Source: Eledone cirrhosa (lineage: Eukaryota). From it: 64,000 nucleotides of DNA. The notes beneath the pieces were generated by a model, which saw only the letters and a list, made by a program, of their open reading frames with translations, did no database searches and was not told the origin of the DNA. Of this stretch, positions 12,484-26,399 are shown piece after piece. Position 1 is the first letter of the stretch. Each line of letters begins with the position of its first letter. A program made the translations under genes and the position numbers. The DNA lies in the NCBI GenBank assembly GCA_964016885.1, contig OZ024748.1, positions 19,406,001 to 19,470,000 on the forward strand, written 5' to 3'.

Positions 12484-12627
12484 CGTGTGTGTGTGTGACT
12501 GTGTCTGTGTATGTGTGTATGCTGTCTTTGTTACACAGTGCAGTTAACTGCGGGCTGTGGTTAATGATATGTAACCGGTACAACAACAACAAAACTTTCT
12601 TCCGTTTCCCACGTCCTTTCTCTCCAG

Positions 12628-14090
12628 CACAACCACCACCACAACCACAACAACCATAACCACCACCACCACCACCACCACCACAACCACCACCACCACC
12701 ACCACCATCACCATCACCACCACCATCACCATCACCATCAACACCACAACCACCACAACCACCACCACCACCATCACCATCACCATCACCACCACAACCA
12801 CCACAACCACCACCACCACCACAACCACCACCACCACCACAACCACCATCACCATCACCACCACCATCACCATCACCATCACCACCACCATCACCATCAC
12901 CACCATCACCACCACCACAACCACCACCACCACCACAACCACCACCACCACCACCACCACCACCATCACCATCACCATCACCACCATCACCACCACCACC
13001 ACCAATACCACCACCACCACAACCACCACCACCACCACCACCACCATCACCACCACCACCACCACCACCACCATCACCATCACCATCACCACCATCACCA
13101 CCACCACCACCACCACCACCACCATAACCTCCAAAACCACCACCACGACCACTAACCCCACCAAACCACCACTACCACCACAACCTCCAAAACCACCATC
13201 ATCACCACCACCACTAACCCCACCAAACCACCACCACTAACCCACCAAACCACCCCACCACCACCACTAACACCACTAACCCCACCAAACCACAACCACC
13301 ACCACCACCACCAACCCCACCAAACCACCACCATCACCACCAACCCCACTAACCACACCAAACCACCACCACCACCACCACCACCACTAACTTCACCAAA
13401 CCACCACCACCACCACCACCACTAACCTCACCAAACCACCACCACCACCACCACCACCACCACTAACCTTACCAAACCACCACTAACCCCACTAAACCAA
13501 CACCATCACCACCACCACCACTAACCACACCAAACCACCACCACCACCACCACCACTAACCTCACCAAACCACCACCACCACCACCACCACTAACCTCAC
13601 CAAACCACCACCACCACCACCACCACCACCACTAACCTCACCAAACCACCACTAACCCCACTAAACCAACACCATCACCACCACCACCACTAACCACACC
13701 AAACCACCACCAATAACCAAAGCTGTTTTTGTTATTATTGTTGTTGTTATTACTGCTATTGCTGTTGTTACTGCTGTTCTTTTTGTTACTGCTGCTGCTG
13801 TTGTTGTTACTGTTGTTCTTGTTGTTACTGCTGCTGCTGTTGTTGTTACTGCTGCTGGTGTTGCTGTTACTGCTGCTGCTGTTGTTGTTACTGCTGCTGT
13901 TGTTGTTGTTACTGCTGCTGGTGTTGCTGTTACTGCTGCTGCTGTTGTTGTTACTGCTGCTGTTGTTGTTGTTACTGCTGCTGCTGTTGTTGTTACTGCT
14001 GCTGTTGTTGTTGTTACTGCTGCTGCTGTTGTTGTTACTGCTGCTGTTGTTGTTGTTACTGCTGCTGTTGTTGTTGTTACTGCTGGTAGC
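12628..14090. repeat. (CCA/CAT)n compound repeat followed by (GTT/GCT)n compound repeat
   Basis: Direct inspection. Confidence 0.95.
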
Positions 14091-14346
14091 ACTTTCACTG
14101 TTATTGTTTTTGTTGTTGTTTCTTTGTTGCTATTGTCTTAGTTGTTATTTACATTCTTTATATAACAGGAGGCCAATTGCTAGAGTTGTTAGAATGTCGT
14201 ATAGAATAATTTGCCTTCTATACTCTGATTTCAAATGATGCCACGGTCAGCTGCGCCATTCATCCTTTCGAGGTCAATAAAAAACATTTAACAATCCAGT
14301 ACTCGCATCGATTGTTCCTCTATATATCTTTCTCACCCCTCTCTTA

Positions 14347-14391
<45 letters not shown>

Positions 14392-14635
14392 CCCCTCTCT
14401 CTCTCTCTTTCTCCCCCTCTCTGTCTCTTTCTCTTTCCCCCTCTCTCTCTCTCTCTCTCTTTCTATTTCTCTCTATCTCTCTCATTCCCGTCCCTTGGAA
14501 GGATTGGGCCGTGTTCAGATATTGATAGGGAGTGGGTTCCGCCAAGATTTAAGTGTCCAAGATACGTTGTATTTCTTTGCAACGTTTCTACGACTCCTTT
14601 AGGTGTTACGAGACCATAGATGCATGCATACATAC

Positions 14636-14988
14636 TCCAGTACTTGACTGAAACTTTATTTTATCGACTTCAGAAGAAATGAAGGCAAAGTTCACCTCAG
14701 CAGAATTTGAAATCAGAGCGTAAAATGGTGGGATAAATACTGCAAAGCATGCATGCTGCTCTAATGACTGTGCCAACCCAAAGCCCTTTTTTTATTCATA
14801 ATAATTGTTTCTGATGTTGGTACAAGGCCAGCAATAATCCCTGTGTATTACTGGTGTTTTATTTTATCGACCCCGTAAAGATGAAAGGCAAAGTTAACCT
14901 CGGCAGGATTTGACCTCAGAACGTAAAGGGCCATAACTCTATGTTGCAAAGCATGATGCCTGACGCCCTACCGATATTGCCAATCGAC
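14636..14988 (-). mobile_element. Two Meta-like SINEs (one old, one younger)
   Basis: Copies at about 14636-14780 and 14798-14988. Confidence 0.7.
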
Positions 14989-15802
14989 TATAATAAAAGT
15001 TTCATGATAGAGTTAAACCCAATCAATTTTCGGACGATTTAACGGCAGCAATCTTTCGTGAGAACATACCAGTTGCAGGAAGTAAGGATTTCTTTTTGCC
15101 ATAGGCCATGGCGGTGAGTTTATACAATTGCCATATGCTATGACGGCGAAATCTTAAAAGCGCACGGCTGTATTAAACCATCTTGGCTTAGCTTCGTAGT
15201 ATCATTTTTATTTTTATTTTTATTTTATTTTTTTTCAAAAGTTTAAATGGATCTTATACGTAGATCAAGTGGAAAAGTGACGGTGCTCTTGAAATATGAT
15301 ATATTGTGGGATAATAGGGTGATAATGTTTACCGTATCATGGAAAAAATATATGATCAAACAACTAAATAGAGGGGATATATAACACATCAATCTTACCC
15401 TGCTTAATCCCGGGATGGTGTGCATTACAAACATCTTAACAGGTACCTGTGTAAGTGGCAACATGTCGTAAAATAATTTTCGATCTTATGTTTAGATAAA
15501 TTACTGGAATTGTTAATATTATTTAAGATTAGTATGTTCTCAGCTGTATATAATTTGGAGGATTTAAAACCATTAATGTATGGTGTGTTTCTCTTTAATA
15601 TTTCCCCCACTTATGTCAGTACCCATATCATGCGCCTTTAAGTACCAGATGTAACTTGATAATGTTGTATTCCTGTGTGTATATGTCTACACATGTGGAC
15701 TCTCATGATTGGACGTGAACTTCTTAAACACAATTACCGTACCATGCAAGCAGCCACTCACACACACAAATTCACACAAACAAATATACATATATATGTA
15801 TG

Positions 15803-15889
<87 letters not shown>

Positions 15890-15956
15890 TTTACATATAT
15901 AAATACACACATGCAACACACTCACACCCATATATACAATTATATGTGTGTGTATG

Positions 15957-15987
<31 letters not shown>

Positions 15988-16393
15988 GTGTGTGTGTGTG
16001 TAGGTGTATGTAGGTCAAGGAAGAGCTTACTTCGTCTAATCAATGAATTATTTATACTCTGAGAATTCTCGACAAGAAATTTGATTGCAGATGGCGCCTA
16101 TAACCAACAATTTCATGTGAAATCAAGAAATCAACAGACAGAAGGAACACCCTATACATATATATATATATATATATATAACGAAGGAAATGTGGTAAGG
16201 AACCAGGTGGACCATAAGGCACCAAAGTCAATACTTAGGGTAGTAGAGTGGGTAATACGAACTCGTTCCTATATATATATAGTAATAATAATAAATTTGA
16301 AGACTAAAATCCAAAGAGGGCTCGATAAGGATAAATATATATGGGTGAAAGCAGCGATTCTTTGCTTAAACTTTAATCTGTTATTTTAATAAA

Positions 16394-16432
<39 letters not shown>

Positions 16433-16435
<3 letters not shown>

Positions 16436-17003
16436 GAAAGTGAGGTTTTTTTTTACAAAATGAAATATAACCGAGGTGTCCTACACGAATAAGTATAAAG
16501 AAAAAAGATGAAATCGAAAATGTAACTGGAGTTTTTTTTTTTAAAATATATATATTTATTTGGTTCCTTTACCGGTTTCGAAGTTCTTCTGCTTTTCAAA
16601 AGTAGAGTTGAGATGGAGGGTCTGTGGTTTTTCTCACATCTGGTTGGTATTTGAATGTTACTTGTTTTAAATGGAAAAAAGTGGCTCGAAATGCCAGGTT
16701 TTTAGAGAAGTAATTTGATTGGTTGGTGAATAAGTATAAATCAAATTACTTCTCTAAAAACCTGGCATTTCGAGCCACTTTTTTCCATATAAAGCAAGTA
16801 ACATTGAAAGAGCAGCCACATGTGAGAAAAACCACAGACCCTCCATCTCAAATCTACTTTTGAAAAGCAGAAGAACTGCGAACCAAATAAATATATATAT
16901 TTAAAAAAAAATAAGACTCCAGTTGCATTTTCGATTTCATCTTTTTTTCTTTATACTTTCACTCGTGGTGGACACCTCGGTTATTTCCGATTTCATCTTT
17001 TTT

Positions 17004-17007
<4 letters not shown>
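16433..17007. mobile_element. Family H palindromic PLE-like insert
   Basis: About 16470-16720 is inverted relative to 16740-16985. (TA)n on both sides. Both arms carry the TTGAAAA-core HHR region, mutated on the left and deleted on the right. Confidence 0.75.
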
Positions 17008-17056
<49 letters not shown>

Positions 17057-17585
17057 CACATATACTTGTCTCTGATCAAGACAAAGCCAGAGTGTATATG
17101 AATACATATAAAAATTTGTACAAGACAAATTTAGATACGTACAACTCTCAACCCGCAAAAATGTTTCGCACGATTTAATTGAGAGTACCATTTTATATTG
17201 CTGGATCATGCAACAGAAAAATATATATTTCGGTTGGAATGATGTGTGTGTGAAAAACAAACAGCACAGATAAAAGGACGAAAGTAAACAAATAAAATAA
17301 AATAATAGGATAGTGAACGTTAAGCAGTGGTGTCTGTCGTAAATAGAAAGCTAATCATAGCTATGAACGAACGAAAACAAAATAAAACGAAAAGCAATTT
17401 TTTTTTAGGGGAAACCTTAAAAAATTATTTAAAAAGAAATTCAAAAGAAGTACACAGAAATCGGCTGTTGAGATGGACTTTGGCTGTTTTGACACCTACA
17501 AACGGTACTGTTGGTCCACCCGGGGCCACAGCGTTAATAACACAGAATTTTGTGGGACGTTAGGGGAAGTGTGTGCCTGTATATA

Positions 17586-17625
<40 letters not shown>

Positions 17626-17836
17626 TATTTTATCATGAGTTAAGGCTCTATTGATTTTTCCCTGGATTTCACTAAATTCTGTGGATGAATTTATATCCTG
17701 ATTCTCTTTTGAGATGAGTTTGAATTATTTTCCCTACATCTTACGTTAACTATTTTTCCCATTTTGATGCCATAGTCGCATATATGTTATGGAATACTGT
17801 TAGCTTCTCGCTACAAAAATTTATATACCTTTCATG

Positions 17837-17921
<85 letters not shown>

Positions 17922-17929
<8 letters not shown>

Positions 17930-18250
17930 GTGAGGTTTTTTTACAAAATGAAAAAAAAACGAGGTGTCCTACACGAGTGAAAGTATAAGGAAAAACGTTG
18001 AAATCGAAACTTACAACTGGAGCCTTTTAAAAAAATAATATATTTATTTGTTTCCTTTACCGGTTTCGCAGTTCTTGTGTATTTCAAAAGTAGAATTGAG
18101 ATGGAGGGTTTGTGCTTTAAAAACCACAAACCCTCCATCTCAATTCTACTTTTGAAAAGCAGAAGAACTGCGAAACCGGTAAAGGAATCAAATAAATATA
18201 TTAAAAAAAAAAACACTCCAGTTGCATTTTCGATTTCATCTCTTTTCCTT
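17922..18250. mobile_element. Family H palindromic PLE-like insert
   Basis: Long left end TTAGAAAGTGAGG, short right end TTTTCCTTATATA, fold-back near 18118. Confidence 0.75.
18144..18188 (+). ncRNA. Type I HHR with U3-A8 variant core
   Basis: ttctactt-TTGAAAA-gcag(aagaa)ctgc-GAAA-ccgg-TA-aaggaa. Confidence 0.65.
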
Positions 18251-18269
18251 ATATATATATATATATATA

Positions 18270-18392
18270 TAGGAAAAGATATGACCCCGACGGCAGAGCT
18301 CAAGCCGTTTCGACAGCTATTTCAGTCCTGAAATAGCCGTCGAAACAGCTTGAGCTCTGCCGTCGGGGTCATACCTTTTCCTATCACCCACT
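18270..18392. mobile_element. Family D palindromic insert
   Basis: GACCCCGACGGCAGAGCTCAAGCCGTTTCGAC...GTCGAAACAGCTTGAGCTCTGCCGTCGGGGTC. Confidence 0.65.
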
Positions 18393-18646
18393 CTGATCGA
18401 GACAAAGCCATATTGCAGGTTCTCGTTGGGCAGGTAACTATTTGTTAATCCGTTTAGCTTGTTCGGTTTTCCGGCTACGGTGGCTGTTGACTTCACAACC
18501 ACTCTTTTCATTTTGTCTTGCCTTATAACACATATTAATTGCTCTGGTTCCTTCTTAGTCCATTGAGCACTTGCCGGCATATCTCGAAGATTGCGTTTCG
18601 TTTTGTTTTGGCCACCGCTGAAATACGATCTCGCTGAAATTATATG

Positions 18647-18682
<36 letters not shown>

Positions 18683-18822
18683 TTTAGATATAAAGAAAGT
18701 CAAAGTAGGACTAGTCAAATGAAAGAGTGGACAAAAAGATGGACGCTTCTCCACCCTCAAAGATGAACAAAAACATCTGACTTTGTGTCTACATATTAAA
18801 TCAATATTGATATTCTATGTTA

Positions 18823-19031
18823 CGGCGGTGGATTGGCCATATTGTTTGAGCGTCGGACACAATAATTTGCAGCGTTAAGTTACACCCCTTTACTCTGAGT
18901 TTAGCTTTGCATTTCATTCTTACAGAGTCGATAGAATATAGTACCAGTAACGTACTGGGATGGATCTAATCGACATTCCTTTGCCTCAACATTGTTGGGC
19001 CTTGTGTCTAAGTCAGAAATCATTATTATTA
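18823..19031 (+). mobile_element. Meta-like SINE, diverged
   Basis: GGCGGTGGATTGGC head, TTTGCATTTCATTCTTACAGAGTCGATA body, GGGCCTTGTGTCTAAG tail. Confidence 0.7.
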
Positions 19032-19687
19032 TATTTGAAACAATTCTTTTTTTTATTCTTTTTATTAATTTGTTTATTTATTTATGTTATCATTCCATTT
19101 TATTTCTTTCACTGTCGATTAAGGTTGCCGGATTAAAAAATGATTTAGTATTTCTTCCGGTACACTGCTCCTAGTTTAAGTATATATGTTTGCAATGGAA
19201 GAAACTGTAGATGTATCCGCTAGGTTTAAAATTCTCATGACACGCCACACCGTTTCTGAGGAGGCATCGTTACGATTCAATGAATAGTTAAGGGGTCATT
19301 ATTTTTACATTTTAATTTACATTGTCCTAAATTAAGTATAAAGTGTCTTGTAAACTTTCGCCGCTGAGAAACAATGTCAGCAGATATGAAAAATATTCTT
19401 AGTAGCTCTACCATAGACAGTTTTCACATTAAGCATGGGAAATTTTGATATTAACACTTTCTGGCTTCAATTACACGGGATTAAAGAAATAATTAAGCTT
19501 ACTGTTATTTAGCCTTGAAATATAATTAATTTACATAATAAAAATGAAACGAAACGAAATACTTTAATCTTTGTTGGCATTTATAATAGCTTCGTAAAAC
19601 TATAACGTGATGACTTTGGGGAATTTTCCTGGAATTTAGAAAATAGATGGCTGTGTATGTATTTATGTATGTATGTATGTATGTATG

Positions 19688-19738
<51 letters not shown>

Positions 19739-19785
19739 TAAAGTAACAGATTAAAGTTTAAGCAAAGAATCGCTGCTTTTTTTAT

Positions 19786-19823
<38 letters not shown>

Positions 19824-19835
19824 TATATATGTGCA

Positions 19836-19875
<40 letters not shown>

Positions 19876-19896
19876 TATATATGTGCATGTATATAT

Positions 19897-20008
<112 letters not shown>

Positions 20009-20295
20009 GCCCACATAAGTATGAATATATGCTTGTATATACAATTTTATCTTGTGATATCTTGTAATGTATACAATGCTTTTCTAAATCCTATCATATT
20101 GAAATATTTATTTTTTATGTATTAATGTTATATATGTCTTTAATATCTTGAGATGGAGTTTAAAAGAATATGTCAAAACAGAAAAATGCATAAAAACAAC
20201 TATATATATATACATACATACACACACACATACACTCACGCACACACACACATATATATATATATGTGTATGTATATACACATATATATATATGT

Positions 20296-20510
20296 AAGTT
20301 TTGAGAATATGCTGATTGTTTACCGACCCCTCAGTATGCAGATTGAATCACTCGACGAAGTGCGCAGTTTGGTTTGTTTTACTCTGGAGTAATGTAAAAT
20401 AAGTAAGTCAAACATGTAAAATTTGGCTTCGTTTATTATACATTCTCTGCTATATATATTTCAGTAACAGCTATTATTGGCTGTGACTTCTTCAGGCAGT
20501 TCGAATTAAT
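20296..20510 (-). mobile_element. PLE-like 3' fragment with HHR at 20447-20499
   Basis: ctgc-CTGAAGA-agtcacagc(caataata)gctgttact-GAAA-tatata-TA-gcag. A related copy at 22196-22400 has a degenerate core. Confidence 0.7.
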
Positions 20511-20720
20511 GTGGAAAAGACAGGTAAACATGTTGTTGAAATGAGTTCCACTCTGTCAATTCATCGATATGTCCAGCTCCTGGGTGTGTTGTTAGTCCTC
20601 CGAGGAACTGGAATCATATGGGATAGAACAAACGAATTTCAACATCAGAGGACACGCTCGTATCCCATTGGTCAGTTATCATACCACTCCCCAGTCGAAA
20701 GTCTATAGAAATTCTTTTAT

Positions 20721-20774
<54 letters not shown>

Positions 20775-20871
20775 ATAAGGTCTTCGAAATGCTTTTAATT
20801 AAGCATACAGTGTATTGCAAAATACACTATATATACATTCATATATATATATCGCTATTTCAGAGCACTAA

Positions 20872-20909
<38 letters not shown>

Positions 20910-20914
<5 letters not shown>

Positions 20915-21680
20915 TACACAATAATCAAAACTATGATCAAATCCTTTTATTGCTGACAATCGTTTCTTCCAAACTTTCGATTGGAACCCTCGCAGCACTA
21001 CCAAAGTTTGGACATATAATTAACTTCCTATTCAACTGAACAATCATATAGATACATGGATATTAATGTTGTCATCAACAGTTTCGTATTTACAGAGTGG
21101 AATAGATGTGACAGAGATTACAAGAGAATAGTATAATAATTAAAGTAGTATAGAGAGTGAAAATGGTAGGAAACAAACAATGCTACTAGGCATATATAAT
21201 TACTGCATGGCAAAGGTACCACATAAAATAACATAGATTTACAAGCATATCAAGAAGGCAAAGGTGTTTGTGTATTAAAATTATGAGTTTATGGTGGTTG
21301 TAGTGTGATAATTGTTTGTGTAATATAACCAATGTAATGGAAAAGATAACAATACTAATAATACTCTCAACACATGCACATTTAAACATTACAGAAACAA
21401 TTGTTACACTACATCCACCATAAACTCATAATTGTATCTATATGATTGTTCAGTTGAATAGGACGTTAATTAAATGTCCAAACTTTACTAGTGCTCCGAG
21501 GAATTCAAACGAAAGTTTGGAAGAAACGATTGTCAGCAATATAATGATTTGAACATAGTTTTGATTATTGTGTAATTTATATTCCTGTTCTGTAAAACAT
21601 CTGATGTATTTACATTGAGCTATTTTTCTTACTGGTAATAAGGTAGTAGTAATTTACCGACCTTTCCAGTTTATAGTTGT
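20910..21680. mobile_element. Nested inverted-repeat insert (family I)
   Basis: 20910-21057 is inverted relative to 21433-21580, and an internal 21280-21317 is inverted relative to 21396-21432. Confidence 0.6.
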
Positions 21681-21732
21681 ATATAGTGTATATATAACTA
21701 TAAATAATAATATTATTATTGTTATTGTTATT

Positions 21733-22139
21733 CCTTGAATCTCAGTCATTGATGTTGGTCAACTGGAAAGTCCGTTGGATTGAATATCAAGCCACTACCT
21801 GCAGCCTCAGATATTCAGGACGTATCGGAGGGTTCTTGCCGTTCCAAGCAAGCATGCCTTTTGAAGCGTTCCAAAAAGCGTGAAGGGGCCGATTTTCTTT
21901 AACCATCCCTGGAAACCTTTGGAGATAGTCCCCAGTGCGCCTATGACAATCGGGATCACTTTGACTTCATGGCAGTTCCAAATCCTTTTCACCTCCCACT
22001 TTAGGTCCTGGTATCGGTTAATTTTCTCCCTCTCCTTCTCTTGCACTCTCGTGTCGAACGGGCAGGCCACATCCACAATCAGGCACGATCTTTTTTCTTT
22101 GTCCACAACCACCAGGTCAGGTCTATTGTGTTCCAGTTC

Positions 22140-22140
<1 letters not shown>
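21733..22140 (-). mobile_element. R4/Dong-clade LINE 3' fragment (RLE domain) in (TAA)n
   Basis: HNRPDLVVVDKEKRSCLIVDVACPFD...EKINRYQDL...IPIVIGALG...LQKACLLGTARTLR. (TAA)n-like tracts on both sides. Confidence 0.85.
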
Positions 22141-22190
<50 letters not shown>

Positions 22191-22556
22191 TAATTAGAGT
22201 ATGTGTTATTTTATCACCGACGCTTTAATACGCTGGATAGAGCACTCGACGAAGTACACAAGTGAGTCTGTTTACTCCAGAGTATATTTATAATTATCAA
22301 GTACAAGTCAACAGGTTATAATTCACTGCGTTTATCCATAATCGCTGTTATATATATTTCGGTGATAACCGTTATGCAACAGTTATGACCTCATTTGACC
22401 GCTAGAAGTTGTCAACCCCCCCCCCCCCCCCCCAGAAAAAAGACGTATAGAAGAAATAAAGCTTACTTCTGTTGTTTCTATTCATATTTAGTGTTGCTCT
22501 CTCAAAGCACCTGTGACATCCGCCCCCCCCCACATATATATATATACATACACATA

Positions 22557-22700
22557 TGCGTTATGTCATTGAGCAAGATACTTATTTCACAATGCTCCCT
22601 CTACCTGGAGTTGTGGCCGATAGATAGTATTAGCAATTGGAAAGACCAATGGAAACATTGTTGCCTCGGTCCGATTTGACGAAAGTTGATCGACTGTTGA
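22557..22700 (+). mobile_element. Second tRNA SINE family (CORE-like), 5'-truncated
   Basis: Matches 50273-50487. Confidence 0.7.
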
Positions 22701-22707
22701 TCGACTG

Positions 22708-22745
<38 letters not shown>

Positions 22746-22845
22746 TACCCACTCTACTACCTCAAGTATTGAGTACTTTGGTGCGTTATGGTCCACCTGG
22801 TTCCTTACCACATTTCCTTCGTTATATATATACATATATATATAC

Positions 22846-22930
<85 letters not shown>

Positions 22931-24033
22931 AATTATTGAAATATATGTCCACATGAGACAGCACAATGTCACATCAATGTTTCATGAGTTACATACACAG
23001 TCATCAGTAGAGGAAGAGAAATCTTGTAACCTACATGTAGGATTTATAGCATAACGGTGAGATATATTTTTCTTTCTTTGAATATAGAGAACGTAAGAAT
23101 AGCAAGGAATAACTATGTATATTTCTGCACATGATAAACTAGTAACGTTGGCAAAACTTTGAAGTAAAACAGTGACGATTAATATAGGGTTATAATATAG
23201 GCACAAGGCGAACAGCTTGTGGGAGGTCAGCGTGAATTATATCGATCCTAGTACTTTATTGGTGCTTTATTTTATCGACCACGGGACGAGGAAAGGTAAA
23301 GTTGAAGATCGGTGAGATTTGAACTCAGGGACGTTCTCCGACTTGATGATGATGATGATGATGATGAAGATAGTGATGATGATGATGATGATGATGAAGA
23401 TAGTGATGATGATGATGGTGATGATGACGATGGTAATAAAGATGATGATGACGATGATGATGATCGTGGTGACGATGATGCTGATGATGATGATGATGAT
23501 GCTGATGATGATGATGATGAGCTAAACTTGTTAAAGTATTTCCACATTTGATAACAGAGATATCATATATTCCATTACAAACGACATGTGTTTGATATCA
23601 GGAAAAAAAAATTCCAATGATAACAATATCAACAAAAATATAATATATATAAAATGAAATTAAAATAAATAACTATATATAATAAAACTCTATCCTTAGG
23701 GAGGCAGTTGTGTTTGACGAGTTTCCCACGAAAGCTTCATCGTCAAAGATGGTTCCAGGAATTTTTCCAATAATTTGTGTGTATTTGTCTTTTGGTGTAT
23801 TACATAATTCCACACCAAAGAGATTATGGTGGAAAATAAAAATATATAGATAAAGAATAGTATATAGGATTCGACCATATTAGATGCCTTATTTTCCCTT
23901 ACACACACACACACACATATATATATGCATATATATATAAATATATACATATATATATATATATATATGCATATATATGCAAACTATATGGTTTCATAAA
24001 TATAGAAATATAGTTTCCATTTATTAATATCAT

Positions 24034-24079
<46 letters not shown>

Positions 24080-24254
24080 GTAGTAAGAAACACAGTACAC
24101 CGTGTGTCTAATATTACTAGGGTTGAAAGACCACGTTTGTTTGAAAAATTTAACCATGAAACAGACAGAATGATAAAATAAAATAAAATTATATTATACA
24201 AACCGCCTCAATAACAATTATATCTGTGTTTCTTACTACATATATATTATTATT

Positions 24255-24364
24255 ATAATTGTTTCTACTTTTGGCACAAGGCCAGCAATTACTCAGTGCA
24301 TTAGTGGTACTTTATTTTATCGACCCCGTAAGGATGAAAGGCAAAGTCAACCTCGGCGGGATTT
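24255..24364 (-). mobile_element. Meta-like SINE fragment
   Basis: Similarity to 41-220. Confidence 0.75.
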
Positions 24365-24974
24365 TGGAGCTTATTCATTACAGGGTTTCAGTAAGAGTTA
24401 TTAACTCTAACTTTCATTTATATATATATATGTATATATACATATATGTATATATATATACATATATATATATACATATACACATATATATATATATGTA
24501 TGTATGTATATATGTATGTATATATACATGTGTGTGTGAATGGGTGTGCATGTGTATGTGTGTGTGCATATTTATATAAATAAAGAAAACCCATCATTTT
24601 TGCGGCTTACGGATTGGAACTTACGTAACCGAACATGTTTTTTAAAAAATTCAAAATTGCAGTAAAACCCTTAACATTCTGTTCTGTATGAAGCCACGCC
24701 ACATAAAGAATAGAGTAACACTCTAAAACTTTCGGACTTCATTCATTTCTTCTGTTATCCCAATCTACAGAGAACTTAACTTTACGCCTCCTTGAAAACA
24801 TCTTTGAATAAATGACAGGCACAAACAACTTCCATGCGATGGGCTTGCAAACAGTTTCCAACTAACTAATTTAGGTTGACTTGTGGCTATCTTACTCCTT
24901 TAGCATTTACATTACTCTATATTTACTGTTGTATTTTCACGGTAAACACTTTATCTCACATAATATCGTATCTA

Positions 24975-25084
24975 TTGAGAACAATACCTTAACACAAGTA
25001 TAAGCGGCCGGTTACAACCTTTTGAACAGAAGGAAGTGAGAGAATTCTGGCCGGATACGGCCGGTTTAAATGTTAAAGGGTTAA
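24975..25084 (-). mobile_element. Terminal fragment of a TTAA-flanked (piggyBac-like) MITE
   Basis: Minus strand begins TTAA-CCCTTTAACATTTAAACCGGCC. No matching second end found. Confidence 0.4.
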
Positions 25085-25880
25085 AAATAAAATACCACAC
25101 AATGGAGTCGAACTCAGGAGCAGGAACCACTCGAAAGCGAACTCCCAAGCAGTTTCTATCCATCTAACTCTAACTCTAACCCTAAACTTAACCACAACCC
25201 AATTTCACTGAAAATTCTTAGATAGATTCGAAGCCATGGTAAAATATAAAACCAATACTTAGCCAAAATGCCACGCTATGGTTTTGAAATCAGGATATAA
25301 GAACCAAGAAGTGAACTTTTAAGCAGTTTCTCTCTACCTAGTTGCCCTCACAAGTCTTGGAGCGATCCAAAACTATAGTGTAAAAAAAAAAAAAAAATTA
25401 CAATCACCCAAAACGACAATCTGTAGGGTCGACCTGTGGTACATATAACCAGGATATAAATTTCTTAACGATTCGGCCATATTTTACACCTCAGTATTTA
25501 CACCTTACTGAAAGATTTAATTAATTCTGATACTGGAATTAGTTTCTTTAGAGAGGGGTACGGTTAGTAAAATAAATGTGAAGAAATTGGTTGGAATCTT
25601 TCCCAGCGCCCATAGAAACATTCCCACGACATCTAAAGAAAGGGCAAGAAATCTTTAACTGGAATGGTAGGCTAGTGACAAGTCAAAGAATTGGTTCAAT
25701 GGTCGACTGCTAAATAAATCAGTTTTATCGCTTCTAACGATTAAAATGGCAATAAATATATACACATATACATACATACACAGATACACGCGTATATTAA
25801 TATATACACCACCACACAGATACACACACTATATATATATATATATATATAAATATATATTTATATATATATATATACAC

Positions 25881-25919
<39 letters not shown>

Positions 25920-25985
25920 TATACACATATACATACATACACAGATACACGCGTATATATATATATACACCAAGACACAGATACA

Positions 25986-26024
<39 letters not shown>

Positions 26025-26055
26025 CACACATATACATATATATATATATATACAT

Positions 26056-26087
<32 letters not shown>

Positions 26088-26399
26088 CACATATATATAT
26101 ATATATACACGCGCACATACACACGAGAGGGCAGGAGAGAGGGGGAGAGAGAAGGTGAGGAAGAGAGGGAAGGGGGGGGGGTTAAAGAAGCAAAAGCTGA
26201 AAGAAAGTGTGAGAAAGCAATTTGTTAGATAATACAAAAGAAGAAGAAGAAGAAGAAGAAGAAGAAGAAGAAGGTATGTGAAGGAATGAAGAGGGATATG
26301 GGGGAGGAACGAAGAAGGGGATGGGCGATTTTGGACTGATGAGGGGATGAGGGAAGGGTGGAGAGGTTGAGATAATGAAAGATAGTCGGATGAATGAAA

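Noticed and set aside
24066-24242. MITE with 18-bp TIRs
   Set aside because: Single copy here and indistinguishable from the PLE-like inverted-end inserts, so left unclassified.
25163-25200. Interstitial telomere
   Set aside because: Only a few degenerate CTAACC/CTAACT units.
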